Shown here in pieces: positions 1 to 8,778 of a stretch of 60,386 bases of DNA; position 1 is the stretch's first letter; each line of letters opens with the position of its first letter. This stretch comes from a virus (taxonomy: Duplodnaviria > Caudoviricetes). The stretch lies in IMG/VR virus record IMGVR_UViG_3300032053_000078, positions 1 through 60,386 of that record; one strand, given 5' to 3'. The notes beneath the pieces are model-generated. The model was given only the letters and a program-made list of their open reading frames with translations. It ran no database searches and was not told the origin of the DNA. A program made the translations under genes and the position numbers.

Positions 1-86
1 ATGAGTCCGGTGACGACGGGGATGATCGACCCGCCGATGAAGGAGTAGACGAGCGGGTCGATGTTGAGAGCAGCACTGGCGGACAT
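1..86 (-). CDS. holin-like membrane protein, N-terminal part (runs off window)
   Basis: ATG at 86 with GAGGAGGA RBS; MSASAALNIDPLVYSFIGGSIIPVVTGL is hydrophobic and resembles actinophage holin N-termini. Confidence 0.45.
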   Translation of the reverse strand, partial: MSASAALNIDPLVYSFIGGSIIPVVTGL

Positions 87-125
87 GGGTCCTCCTCGTT
101 GTGTCGTGAGTTCGACACGTCGACG

Positions 126-956
126 CTACTGCTGGCACCCGACAAGTTCGGGGACCGGGAGGAACTCGTCCTTCACCCGGTACCGGGTGACTTCCCTGTC
201 AAACCATGACCCGTAATGGTGGGAGTGGGCGACGATCTCGACTTCGACGGTGACCCCGGGGTTGAGCTTCGCGATCGCGGTGCCGAGCATCTTGCTGAGC
301 CTGCGGGCTTCGCTGGTCGAGTAGCCGTACTGGGAAACTTCGGGGACCTCGAACCGTTCGCCGGTGCTGAGGTCGCGGAACAGGACCCGGCTGTACGACG
401 CACCGGTGAAGTTGACTTTGCCGTCGGACCAGACAGCGACCGGGTCGTTGGCTTTGCGGGTGGCGGCAGCTTTGCGGGCCGCTTCGACACGCTTCGGGTT
501 CGACGCTTTCACCGGCTTCGACCCGGGGTCGGACCGTTGAACTTTGCGTGCGTCCATCTCGTCCTGCAACCGGGATGCGATTTCGCCGCCGAGGAACTCG
601 TCGACCATGTCGACGTACAGCTCGCAGAACTGCCAGCCGTGCCCGGCCCAAGTGTCACCGGTGTTCGCATAGTTCTGCGACGTCGCGCAGTGCGCCAGTT
701 CGTGAATGACCACCCACCGCTTGCGAGCTGGAGCGGAGATCCTGATGAGGCCCTTGCCGTAAGCAATGCCACCTCGACCCGCGCTTGTGCCGACGGCGAC
801 TTCGATCAGACCCCGGTCCTGCCAGAACTCTGACCGCATGATCTGGTTGGCGTAGCGGACCGTCTCGTCATGGGTGGCGAACTCGACGGGGGTGTGACCG
901 TGGGCCGCCCACTCGGCGGCGTACACCTTGCTCCGTTGGTAGTCGCGGGCTTTCAT
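126..956 (-). CDS. HEXXH metallohydrolase/zincin (TIGR04338/Rv0185-like) with C-terminal extension
   Basis: N-terminal RDYQRSKVYAAE, VVIHELAH and HGWQF motifs. Confidence 0.75.
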   Translation of the reverse strand: MKARDYQRSKVYAAEWAAHGHTPVEFATHDETVRYANQIMRSEFWQDRGLIEVAVGTSAGRGGIAYGKGLIRISAPARKRWVVIHELAHCATSQNYANTGDTWAGHGWQFCELYVDMVDEFLGGEIASRLQDEMDARKVQRSDPGSKPVKASNPKRVEAARKAAATRKANDPVAVWSDGKVNFTGASYSRVLFRDLSTGERFEVPEVSQYGYSTSEARRLSKMLGTAIAKLNPGVTVEVEIVAHSHHYGSWFDREVTRYRVKDEFLPVPELVGCQQ

Positions 957-1147
957 GCCTGCGCCTTGATGTCGGTGCTACCGAACGCTGACCCGGGGTT
1001 GACGACCCGCTGGTCGACGCCGTGGGCGGCGATGTTGGCGAGGGCCTGAGCGGTGGCTGCGGCCTTCGTGGTGAACGGGCCGTTCTGAACGATGCGGCCT
1101 GAACGGTCGGTGTAGCGGACGATCCAACGTCGGCGGGGAATGGTCAT
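953..1147 (-). CDS. small early hypothetical protein (MTIPRRRW...)
   Basis: ATG at 1147 after AAGGAGCACCACCC; ATGA overlap with downstream gene. Confidence 0.7.
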   Translation of the reverse strand: MTIPRRRWIVRYTDRSGRIVQNGPFTTKAAATAQALANIAAHGVDQRVVNPGSAFGSTDIKAQA

Positions 1148-1180
1148 GGGTGGTGCTCCTTGTGTCTCTCCTACACCATT

Positions 1181-1209
1181 AGTGTAGCACGGCACACTAC
1201 AGTTATCAA
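1181..1209 (-). promoter_or_regulatory. sigma-A-like early promoter
   Basis: TTGATA-17 nt-TACACT. Confidence 0.75.
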
Positions 1210-1266
1210 GTAGGGATTTCGTTGGAAGTCAGGTGACACTTGGGATCTTCGCCCCATAACTGGGGG

Positions 1267-1295
1267 TTGTGTATCGTGACGAACTACGGTATAAT
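1267..1295 (+). promoter_or_regulatory. sigma-A-like early promoter, divergent from the 1181-1209 promoter
   Basis: TTGTGT-17 nt-TATAAT. Confidence 0.8.
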
Positions 1296-1322
1296 GAAGG
1301 TGTGAGAGAAGTGACCACCACC

Positions 1323-1835
1323 ATGACCACCACCACCGACACCGTCACCATCAAGATCCCGAGAGCGTTCTACGACGACCACATCGACCGGGACTGCGGC
1401 CAGACCGGCCGCATCGTCCACCGGACGAAGGCGCTCTACACCGTCGAGCTGGACGCCGAAGCCTTCGCCGACCTCAAGTCGGACGCTGACTACTACAGCA
1501 CCCCGGCCGACTTCGACCGGTACATGTTCGGACTCTGCATGTCGGCCGCAGCGACCGCCCGTCGGCTCGCCGAGGTGGACCGACCCGCCGAGGTGGACCG
1601 GCCCGCAGAGGTGGCAACCGACGCCCCCGACATTCGTGCCGCAGCGTTCGCCGCATACAGGGCAGCAGATGACACGCCCGGCGGTGGTAACGCCGGGGCG
1701 ATGCTCAGTGTGATCGTCGAGGCGTTCGAGGTGACCCCGGACAGGCGACGCCCGACAGTGTGGGCTGATGGGTGGAACGCTGACCGTTTCGCCCGAGAGT
1801 TCGACACCAACCTCCCCGACGAGAACTTCCTCTAA
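1323..1835 (+). CDS. early hypothetical protein (MTTTTDTV...)
   Basis: GC3-rich ORF downstream of promoter; ACCACCACC-ATG start; imperfect 18-bp tandem duplication encoding AEVDRP twice. Confidence 0.75.
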   Translation: MTTTTDTVTIKIPRAFYDDHIDRDCGQTGRIVHRTKALYTVELDAEAFADLKSDADYYSTPADFDRYMFGLCMSAAATARRLAEVDRPAEVDRPAEVATDAPDIRAAAFAAYRAADDTPGGGNAGAMLSVIVEAFEVTPDRRRPTVWADGWNADRFAREFDTNLPDENFL

Positions 1836-1858
1836 CCACAACCACAAGGAGCACCACC

Positions 1859-2161
1859 ATCAACACCTCCACCTACCCCATCAAGATCAAGGCCAGCGCC
1901 CACGTCATCGGCTTCTGGCAAGGCTCCGAGGAGGGATCGTACGAGAACCTCGACGGAGCGAGCACCGAGACCCCGCATGTGTTCGAGATCCTCACCCGGC
2001 ACCGCACCGTCATCGAGATCCGCAACGACGCCGAGGCGCTCACCGTCTTGAAGTCCGCCGACTATCAAGGCGAAGGCGGGATATGGGATGAGGACCACCC
2101 AACCCATCGGGCCATCGACCGGATCGCAGATCAGATCCTCGGTCACGACATGGCACAGTGA
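1859..2161 (+). CDS. early hypothetical protein with apparent non-canonical ATC start
   Basis: AAGGAGCACCACC (1846-1858) is followed by ATC, in frame with ORF 1979-2161; coding-like codon usage throughout. Confidence 0.6.
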   Translation: MNTSTYPIKIKASAHVIGFWQGSEEGSYENLDGASTETPHVFEILTRHRTVIEIRNDAEALTVLKSADYQGEGGIWDEDHPTHRAIDRIADQILGHDMAQ

Positions 2162-2174
2162 GACCGGGTCGACG

Positions 2175-2414
2175 TCAACCAACTGACGCCGCGTCGAGAG
2201 CCGCGATCAACCGCACCCACCCGACACCGGTCAACCTCTCCGGTTCGTTCGCCCGGAACCACCCCAACATTTCGGTGACCGCACCAACCAGCTCGCCCAC
2301 CACGTCCGGCTCAACGGCCCGGCGTTTCGCTTTCGTCGTCGACCCGTATGACCCGACAACGGTCGCACCCGGAAACGCTTTCGCCAACGCCGCCGCTAAC
2401 TCGTCAGCCGTCAT
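2175..2414 (-). CDS. hypothetical protein
   Basis: 79-aa ORF overlapping the upstream gene end. Confidence 0.6.
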   Translation of the reverse strand: MTADELAAALAKAFPGATVVGSYGSTTKAKRRAVEPDVVGELVGAVTEMLGWFRANEPERLTGVGWVRLIAALDAASVG

Positions 2415-2673
2415 GGCGGTGCTTGTCGTTCGACTTGAACACCCCCTCGCGATGCGCCCACTCGTGCGTACCCCACATCCGATCGGTGTCCATCACGTCA
2501 ACATGAGACCGGGTGAACCCGTGGTCGACGACGAGATGCTCACACATCGCCGCCCACCCGTACGGAAACGGGATCGCCTTCACAGGTCCATACCTGTGAC
2601 CTGACGTAGCCCTTTTACGAGCGTCTGTTGCGCGGACAGTCGGGCTTGCACCGCGTACAACGCCTTCCCGCAT
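2404..2673 (-). CDS. hypothetical protein (true start probably near 2580)
   Basis: ORF fills the gap between neighbouring minus-strand genes. Confidence 0.45.
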   Translation of the reverse strand: MREGVVRGASPTVRATDARKRATSGHRYGPVKAIPFPYGWAAMCEHLVVDHGFTRSHVDVMDTDRMWGTHEWAHREGVFKSNDKHRHDG

Positions 2674-3071
2674 GAGTCCGCGGCGGCCGCGCAGATCAGG
2701 TACGTCCGGTACAACTCCTCACCCGGGACACCCCGCGCCGACGTCGCCAGCTTCGCCGTCGCCAACCTCACGTCCTCCGACGTCCGTTCCCCCTGATTCG
2801 CCACCCGCAGGATCGTCCGATCGCGATGCTCCTCCCACTCGGCTTTCGCCCGGGCCGCGTTCTCGGTCAGATCCGCGTAGTCGACGACCAGCTCCCCGAG
2901 GTGTGTGTCGCACGCCAAGATGCGCCGTTCGACTTCCATGAGCGTCGGGATGTCCGGCAACATTTCGCCGGTCTCACGGTCGACGTTCGCCCCCGGCTTA
3001 CGGACCCGACGGTCGACGTGGCGGGCCGGGACCGCGGCGTCGCGTTCAGCTTGCGATGGTTCAGCTACCAT
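2580..3071 (-). CDS. coiled-coil hypothetical protein
   Basis: 163-aa helical ORF; TATACT 6 nt before the ATG (leaderless pattern). Confidence 0.65.
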   Translation of the reverse strand: MVAEPSQAERDAAVPARHVDRRVRKPGANVDRETGEMLPDIPTLMEVERRILACDTHLGELVVDYADLTENAARAKAEWEEHRDRTILRVANQGERTSEDVRLATAKLATSARGVPGEELYRTYLICAAAADSCGKALYAVQARLSAQQTLVKGLRQVTGMDL

Positions 3072-3091
3072 CCGCCAAGTATAGGCTCACG

Positions 3092-3280
3092 CTACGACCT
3101 GACCATCGGAAGGTGCGCCCGGAGTTCGTTGAGGTCAGTCCGCATGTCAGCGACCTCCCACTGCAACTCGCGGATCATCTTCAACAGGGCGTTCGACCGC
3201 TCCAAAGCCACACGAGCGATGTCGGGTTCAGTCTTGCGTTGGCGGCGGTTGGACATATCCATAACCTTCCCACGGGTCAC
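3092..3280 (-). CDS. small coiled-coil protein
   Basis: 62-aa ORF with heptad pattern; start uncertain. Confidence 0.45.
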   Translation of the reverse strand: MTRGKVMDMSNRRQRKTEPDIARVALERSNALLKMIRELQWEVADMRTDLNELRAHLPMVRS

Positions 3281-3515
3281 CGCCCAAGGAGCGGACCCGT
3301 CCTCGCATGTCGTTGAGTTCGATTCGTAGATTGTGGATTTCGCTGCCGAGCCGCTCGACTTCGTGCGTCAAGTTGTCGACCACAAGATCCGACGCTGTGA
3401 CGTACAGCGCCTTCACTTCCTCGGAGTTCTTTGACCTGTTACCCCACCATGCTATGAGCGCGACAACGATCGCTCCCACCGCCGCACCGACAATGGTTGC
3501 CAAAGAAAGGTTCAA
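3228..3515 (-). CDS. membrane protein with one TM helix plus coiled coil (possible lysis accessory)
   Basis: N-terminal hydrophobic helix followed by heptad repeats. Confidence 0.6.
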   Translation of the reverse strand: MNLSLATIVGAAVGAIVVALIAWWGNRSKNSEEVKALYVTASDLVVDNLTHEVERLGSEIHNLRIELNDMRGRVRSLGGDPWEGYGYVQPPPTQD

Positions 3516-3883
3516 TCTTCACCGCCTTTCAGGATGTCCTCTGCCTTCTTGTGCTCGCGTAGCACCGACCACGCGAACGCCATCCACGGCGGACCCCACC
3601 ACACGACCAGACCGAACCCCAACATGAACGACGACCACGCACCGGGCAGCAACCAGTCAGTGAGCCGCGCAGCGTACGCGGGGATGTAGAACACGCTCAA
3701 CGCGGCCATCGAGAGGAAGATCCCCCGCAACCGGCCGGTCGTCACCCTCGACGCCCGGAAGCTCATCACCCCGCTGGCAGCGACCCCGAGGACAGTCAAG
3801 ATGATGACCGTCCGGTCAACCACAGACATCGGGGCGAGATGAACAAACACGGCGAACCTCACCCGGGGACTGCCGGGGTTCAC
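3512..3883 (-). CDS. multi-TM membrane protein (holin-like)
   Basis: about three hydrophobic segments and a charged C-terminus; start uncertain. Confidence 0.55.
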   Translation of the reverse strand: MNPGSPRVRFAVFVHLAPMSVVDRTVIILTVLGVAASGVMSFRASRVTTGRLRGIFLSMAALSVFYIPAYAARLTDWLLPGAWSSFMLGFGLVVWWGPPWMAFAWSVLREHKKAEDILKGGED

Positions 3884-3918
3884 AGGTTACCGGGCGGACC
3901 TCGACGTCAAGTGGAGGG

Positions 3919-4113
3919 TCACAGAACCGGGACGAGGATTGAACCTGCGACCAATCCGGGTACCGACGTACCGGTCCACCACGCCATCTCCCCCGCCCGC
4001 AACCCGTCCATCGCGATCGTTGTCCGCGCCCGCAGCAGCAGACCGTCAGCGTCGCCAACCAGAATCGGATGATCCCGGTCCAACACCCGCTTCGACGAAC
4101 CGCAACACCCCAT
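3919..4113 (-). CDS. small MGCCG protein
   Basis: 64-aa ORF starting MGCCGS, like 26680-26874. Confidence 0.6.
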   Translation of the reverse strand: MGCCGSSKRVLDRDHPILVGDADGLLLRARTTIAMDGLRAGEMAWWTGTSVPGLVAGSILVPVL

Positions 4114-4121
4114 CAGACGCT

Positions 4122-4409
4122 CTAGGTGTCCGTAGGAGCGTCGTCGCCGTCCGAGGTGGTAACGGTGCCCGGGTCGTCCTCGACAGCCAGAGAGACCGCA
4201 GGGGCGTCCGATACGGCCGGGTAAACGTCAGGGAGGGGAACCGGGGTGTACGGCCGGTACTCCTCGACGATCGGTTCAGTCAACGACCGCACCACCGGGA
4301 CGAGAACGCCTTGCCCGATCAGCACCGCCGTACGCGGGCTGTCCGGCCACGCCTTCACCGCGTTGCGGGGCTGGCCGGGAAGGTTGATCGTGGCGCGGTA
4401 CTCGTTCAT
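4122..4409 (-). CDS. hypothetical protein (MNEYRATINLPG...)
   Basis: ATG at 4409 with TACGGT 7 nt upstream. Confidence 0.55.
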   Translation of the reverse strand: MNEYRATINLPGQPRNAVKAWPDSPRTAVLIGQGVLVPVVRSLTEPIVEEYRPYTPVPLPDVYPAVSDAPAVSLAVEDDPGTVTTSDGDDAPTDT

Positions 4410-5049
4410 GGAACCCACCGTACCCCGACGGCCCAGCCTCCCGCCTCGCCTTCGCCTCCGCCGCCGCCAACTCCTCAACCGCAACATTTCGTTTCGCCGC
4501 CGTCTGCCACAGATGCACAGCGATCGCCGGTGCCCCCGACGGCACATGCCTCCCCAAAGCGTCAACCGGGATCACCCGAGGTTCACGACCGACCCCGTCA
4601 CCGTTGCAACGATCCAACAGCCGCGCCCCCGACACGTCAGCCGACACCAGATCCGACGGTCCCGCCGCCGCGATCGACGCCAACGCCTCAGCGAGAAACG
4701 GGTGACCCGCCGGGAACGCCAACGCGCAACCCTCACGGCGGCCTCGCAGCTCCGCCGTCCAGATTTCATGGGGGACCGAACCGAACAGGTTGTCCAACGG
4801 AACCACATCAGAGTCCAACCACAACCCCCCGTACTCGTGAAGCAACCAGTACCGAATGATGTTCGACCGGTGCCGCACCTCATCAACCGGACGGACTTGG
4901 CTCACGTCGACCGGGATGTCGGCGACCTCGTCAACCGTCCACTCCTTCACGATCGACTCCGGGTGCATGTTGCGGACCGCCATCCCGATCAACTCCGCGA
5001 CCGACGACGGTTCACCCTCCCAGTAACGGTGGATCGTCGGGGTTCCCAT
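4276..5049 (-). CDS. DXD-motif glycosyltransferase (Gly_transf_sug / capsular polysaccharide synthesis-like)
   Basis: TIHRYW, RSNIIRYWLLHEYGGLWLDSDV and AVHLW motifs; TGATG coupling to upstream gene. Confidence 0.85.
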   Translation of the reverse strand: MGTPTIHRYWEGEPSSVAELIGMAVRNMHPESIVKEWTVDEVADIPVDVSQVRPVDEVRHRSNIIRYWLLHEYGGLWLDSDVVPLDNLFGSVPHEIWTAELRGRREGCALAFPAGHPFLAEALASIAAAGPSDLVSADVSGARLLDRCNGDGVGREPRVIPVDALGRHVPSGAPAIAVHLWQTAAKRNVAVEELAAAEAKARREAGPSGYGGFHERVPRHDQPSRPAPQRGEGVAGQPAYGGADRARRSRPGGAVVD

Positions 5050-6386
5050 CAGCTCCCTCCGGGGGTGAGGCACTGATCCATCGTGGCGACAGGGGCGATC
5101 CAGTGGATCGAACCGCTCGCGCCTTCGGGGGTCGCGTACCCTAGCGTGCTGGCGTTCGTGCGACCCAAGGTGACACCCGCGGCAGTCCCATGTTGAGTGC
5201 GGACCACGAACCGGTCACCCGTGTTCATCGGGACGATCCCGCTGAGCACCGATGTCCCTTCAAGGTCGCTGTGAGCACTGAACGCACAGTTGTTGACGAA
5301 CGCACCGGCTGACGTGAACACCGAACCCGTAAAATAGAGTTCCGGGCCGTCGATCCGCTTCATCCTCATGTTGCTCTTGTACGAGTCGTTGTGGCCGTCG
5401 GCCGGTGCGGTGGTGACCACCCCGAGCGGTGCGCCCGTCGCGTCCATCGCCCAACAACTCAACGTGTGACCGGGTTGGAACCAGTTGAACGCCGAGATGT
5501 GAACGGACCCGTACCCCGCAGAGTTGAACGTCACGACACCCTCAGCTTGAAACGTGGCGTAAAGCGCCCCGGCTGCGTCGCGTTCTTCCATCCACACCCA
5601 TATCGAATCGGCCACGTTCGTCGCGAAGAACTGGATCGAAGCGGTCACCTCCATGAACCCGTACGACCTGTGCATGATGCGACCCAAGGTGGGGGTGTTG
5701 GTGTCATGGTCGAAGTTGTCGTAGTCGAACACGTTGTCCTCGAAGTCCCACAGGATCTCCGCCGGTGCCACGTTGTTCAACTGGGTGGCGTTCTGCGGCC
5801 GGATCAGCTCAGCCGCGTAGTACGGGTAGCCGTACGAGTACGGGATTTCAATGTTGTAGGAGTAGATCCCCGCCGGGCCTGCCACCAAAGCCGACGGCGA
5901 CACCGTCGCCCCGCCAGCCTCAATCTCCGAACAACACCACTGCACCGTGTATGACGGTCCGAGGACTCCGCTCCCGGCGGTAGCACCGGGGGCGACCTGC
6001 GTGGAACAGTTCACACCGGTGTCACCGGGGCTGACCTGATTGAGTCCCCCGAACGAACCGCGAGCCAGCGGGATACCACCGCGCGACGGGGTGCCGATGA
6101 TATACGCCCCATGCGGTTTGTCGAAGATCACAGCGACCCGCATCCCCGACGTCAACGACGCCCCCATCAGCGACGCCACCGTGACCGAATGACCCGTCGG
6201 GTCGCCGTCCATCGCCACGTCACAGAACGGGACAGCCGACGTCGCCGTAGCAACAATGTTCGTCACCGTCCCGAACTGGATGAAGTCCGTCGGCGCTTCC
6301 CGAGACGTCTTTTCGAGGATCGCCCGGGCGATCGTCGGTATGTCACCAAACGTCAGCGGCGCGTCATCGTTGTTGTCACCCAGCAC
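5049..6386 (-). CDS. minor tail protein (spike/receptor-binding candidate)
   Basis: N-terminal OB-like gpV-type segment (GTVTNIV...GMRVAV...YIIG), beta-rich C-terminus, position at end of tail operon. Confidence 0.6.
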   Translation of the reverse strand: MLGDNNDDAPLTFGDIPTIARAILEKTSREAPTDFIQFGTVTNIVATATSAVPFCDVAMDGDPTGHSVTVASLMGASLTSGMRVAVIFDKPHGAYIIGTPSRGGIPLARGSFGGLNQVSPGDTGVNCSTQVAPGATAGSGVLGPSYTVQWCCSEIEAGGATVSPSALVAGPAGIYSYNIEIPYSYGYPYYAAELIRPQNATQLNNVAPAEILWDFEDNVFDYDNFDHDTNTPTLGRIMHRSYGFMEVTASIQFFATNVADSIWVWMEERDAAGALYATFQAEGVVTFNSAGYGSVHISAFNWFQPGHTLSCWAMDATGAPLGVVTTAPADGHNDSYKSNMRMKRIDGPELYFTGSVFTSAGAFVNNCAFSAHSDLEGTSVLSGIVPMNTGDRFVVRTQHGTAAGVTLGRTNASTLGYATPEGASGSIHWIAPVATMDQCLTPGGS

Positions 6387-7452
6387 GATCGAACCCTCCC
6401 TGAGTCAACGTATGCGAATGGGAACCGCCCGGCGACAACTTCAAGTTCCAACCGGTCTCCCGGTACATCTCGCCGTCCCATTCGACCGTCTGGAATATGT
6501 CGTGACGCGGATCGGCGAACCCGTCGAACTGCACGTTCTTGTACCCCGACCCCGCCGCCGCGGCTTTGGTCGTCGCCATCTGCTGCGCCTGTTCCGTCGA
6601 GTTGATCCCCTGCGCCCGTTCCACGTCGACCACCTCGAACCGGCGGTTCTGAACACTGAACGGCAACCTCGCGTCCACCTCGGCAGCAGCGGAGATTTCG
6701 CCCTGCGACGGACCTGAGCACGTCACGATGTAGACGTTCGGGGCGGACAACAGGTCGTCATGCTCGACGATGGTGTCGCGAACGACCCGCGAGTTCGTCG
6801 ACGAATACACATGGTCGGGTGGGTCCGACGCCATGTCCGGCGGTTGACGAAGGATGAGGTACCCGTTGTTGTCGAAGTACGGGGGCAACCACCCCGCCAG
6901 CTTCGACAAGTCAGTCAGGATCTTCAACCGTGACTCCCCCGCCGCCCACACCACCGGGTCGGCCACGGTCGCCTGTGAACCCCACGGCAACACAACACTC
7001 GTGATCCGAACCTCACCCAAGAGTTCCTCGACCGCAGGGAGAATCCAACCCCGCTGCCCGATCCCGAACGTCTGCCGGGTGCCCTGATCCAGAATCGCGT
7101 CCTGATCGGTCATCGTCGTGTCCAGCGTCGAGACGTACGTCCCCCGGTGCAACGTCGACCCGGTGAACACGAACACCCCCATCGGCCACTCGGTCCCATC
7201 CTCCAAGATCCACGACGGTTTGATCCTGTTCGCGAACGGGTCGATGTCCCGCAACGTCTGAGGGTCCAACCGGAAACCCGACAGTTCACGTTTCGCTGTC
7301 CCCGACGTGTTCACCGAGATCGACTCGGCAGCCAACGGGACCACGTTCCCGATGACGACAAGGTCACGGTCGACAACCTCGAACCGGACCGTCGACGCGA
7401 CCTGCCCGATCCCGGGGTCCAAGTCGAGCAGAGCGTTACGCGGGACAGCCAT
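6376..7452 (-). CDS. minor tail protein (baseplate hub/Tal-like)
   Basis: WPMGVFV, GESRLKIL..L and PYFDNNG motifs; position after tape measure and Dit-like genes. Confidence 0.7.
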   Translation of the reverse strand: MAVPRNALLDLDPGIGQVASTVRFEVVDRDLVVIGNVVPLAAESISVNTSGTAKRELSGFRLDPQTLRDIDPFANRIKPSWILEDGTEWPMGVFVFTGSTLHRGTYVSTLDTTMTDQDAILDQGTRQTFGIGQRGWILPAVEELLGEVRITSVVLPWGSQATVADPVVWAAGESRLKILTDLSKLAGWLPPYFDNNGYLILRQPPDMASDPPDHVYSSTNSRVVRDTIVEHDDLLSAPNVYIVTCSGPSQGEISAAAEVDARLPFSVQNRRFEVVDVERAQGINSTEQAQQMATTKAAAAGSGYKNVQFDGFADPRHDIFQTVEWDGEMYRETGWNLKLSPGGSHSHTLTQGGFDRAG

Positions 7453-8321
7453 CAGTGCCTCCGATACGGGCCGGTACCGGGAACCCACGGCGGCAACGGC
7501 ACCACGATTTCAGTTGGGTTCGGCGGCAACGGGTTCACTGGCGGCTGATACGGGTGGACCGGGTTCGCCGGTTCGTTCGACCCGGTCGACACCCCACCGA
7601 ACGACGGACCCGAAGCGATCGCGGTCGAGTCGGGGACGCGCAAACCCAAGTCGTAGAACGGTTGTTGGATCATCGCCCATGAGATGTAGTCACCCGAGCT
7701 GGGTGCGACGGTCGGGATCATGAACTCCTGGGCCTGAGCGCCGACCGTCGTGATCGGACGTTGCATCTGAACTATCTGACCGGACACCGCCGTAGAGTTC
7801 GTGGCAACGTAACTCCACGTCGCCGAGGGCTTCAACCAGTCCGGGGTGAGCACGTTCTGATAGAACGTGGCGAGAAGAATCCCGGTCGCCAACGACGTGT
7901 ACGCCTTTACTTTCGGGATGCTGCTGTAGCCCGATCCAGAGCCGACGGTGACGAGGTTGGGCGAGAGGTATGACTGGAGCTGGGCGGCACCGGCGATCTG
8001 AGCGGAGATCCACGACCACCCCGCAGCGGTCACACCCTGAGATGTGACGTTCAGAATGGTTGCCGTTCCGATTTGGCGGGGAGAGAATATGCACGAGAAC
8101 ATCGCCGACGGTGACGGTGCCCCGAGGGTCTTGGTTTGATACGACGTCGGAACAACCGGGTACCCATCGAACGCGAACGTCGGGAGCGTCGTCTGATCCG
8201 ACCCGGTAACAAACACCGTGACCTGCAACATCTGAGTCGTGACCAACCCCGTGACCGACGCTTGGCTGCTCGGCGTCGTTATGTCAAAGATGGAGCTGCC
8301 ACCGAAGTACGACGCGGCCAT
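7452..8321 (-). CDS. minor tail protein
   Basis: S/T/V-rich beta-type ORF coupled within the tail operon. Confidence 0.6.
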   Translation of the reverse strand: MAASYFGGSSIFDITTPSSQASVTGLVTTQMLQVTVFVTGSDQTTLPTFAFDGYPVVPTSYQTKTLGAPSPSAMFSCIFSPRQIGTATILNVTSQGVTAAGWSWISAQIAGAAQLQSYLSPNLVTVGSGSGYSSIPKVKAYTSLATGILLATFYQNVLTPDWLKPSATWSYVATNSTAVSGQIVQMQRPITTVGAQAQEFMIPTVAPSSGDYISWAMIQQPFYDLGLRVPDSTAIASGPSFGGVSTGSNEPANPVHPYQPPVNPLPPNPTEIVVPLPPWVPGTGPYRRH

Positions 8322-8322
8322 G

Positions 8323-8778
8323 TCAGTAGAACCCGGCCGGGCACGTCAACCCGATCGACACCGCCCCCGTCGTCGGAAGAACGAACGTCGCAGCCACACC
8401 CAACCCCGCGGTGTATTGGCATGGCATCGCCACCACAATCTGAGACGTCGCGTCAGCGCCAGAGTCCCGAACCAACACCAACCACGCAGCGACCTGCGCC
8501 CCCGCGAGAATCCCGAACGCCGGGTCCGTAGCGTCGTACACGATCTTGCCGCCCGTCCCGAACTGATTCGTCGGCAACGTCGTCGTCTTAGTCTTACCGC
8601 CAGTAGCGACCCTCGCGTACCCGCCGCCAGCCAACTCGTTCGTGATCGTCGAAGCGAACGTCGACGTCTGCGGGTCCGGCGTCCACGCCGACGTCGTCAA
8701 CCACCACTTGAAGTTCAACCCGGTCCAGTCGTCAAGGACCTTCTCCACACCCGTCGGGAACAAGATGCCGCCGCTCAC
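8323..8778 (-). CDS. virion/tail protein, paralogous to 11493-11924
   Basis: shares NE....YAR...GGKT.T...I.YD.TDP.FG with 11493-11924. Confidence 0.7.
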   Translation of the reverse strand: MSGGILFPTGVEKVLDDWTGLNFKWWLTTSAWTPDPQTSTFASTITNELAGGGYARVATGGKTKTTTLPTNQFGTGGKIVYDATDPAFGILAGAQVAAWLVLVRDSGADATSQIVVAMPCQYTAGLGVAATFVLPTTGAVSIGLTCPAGFY

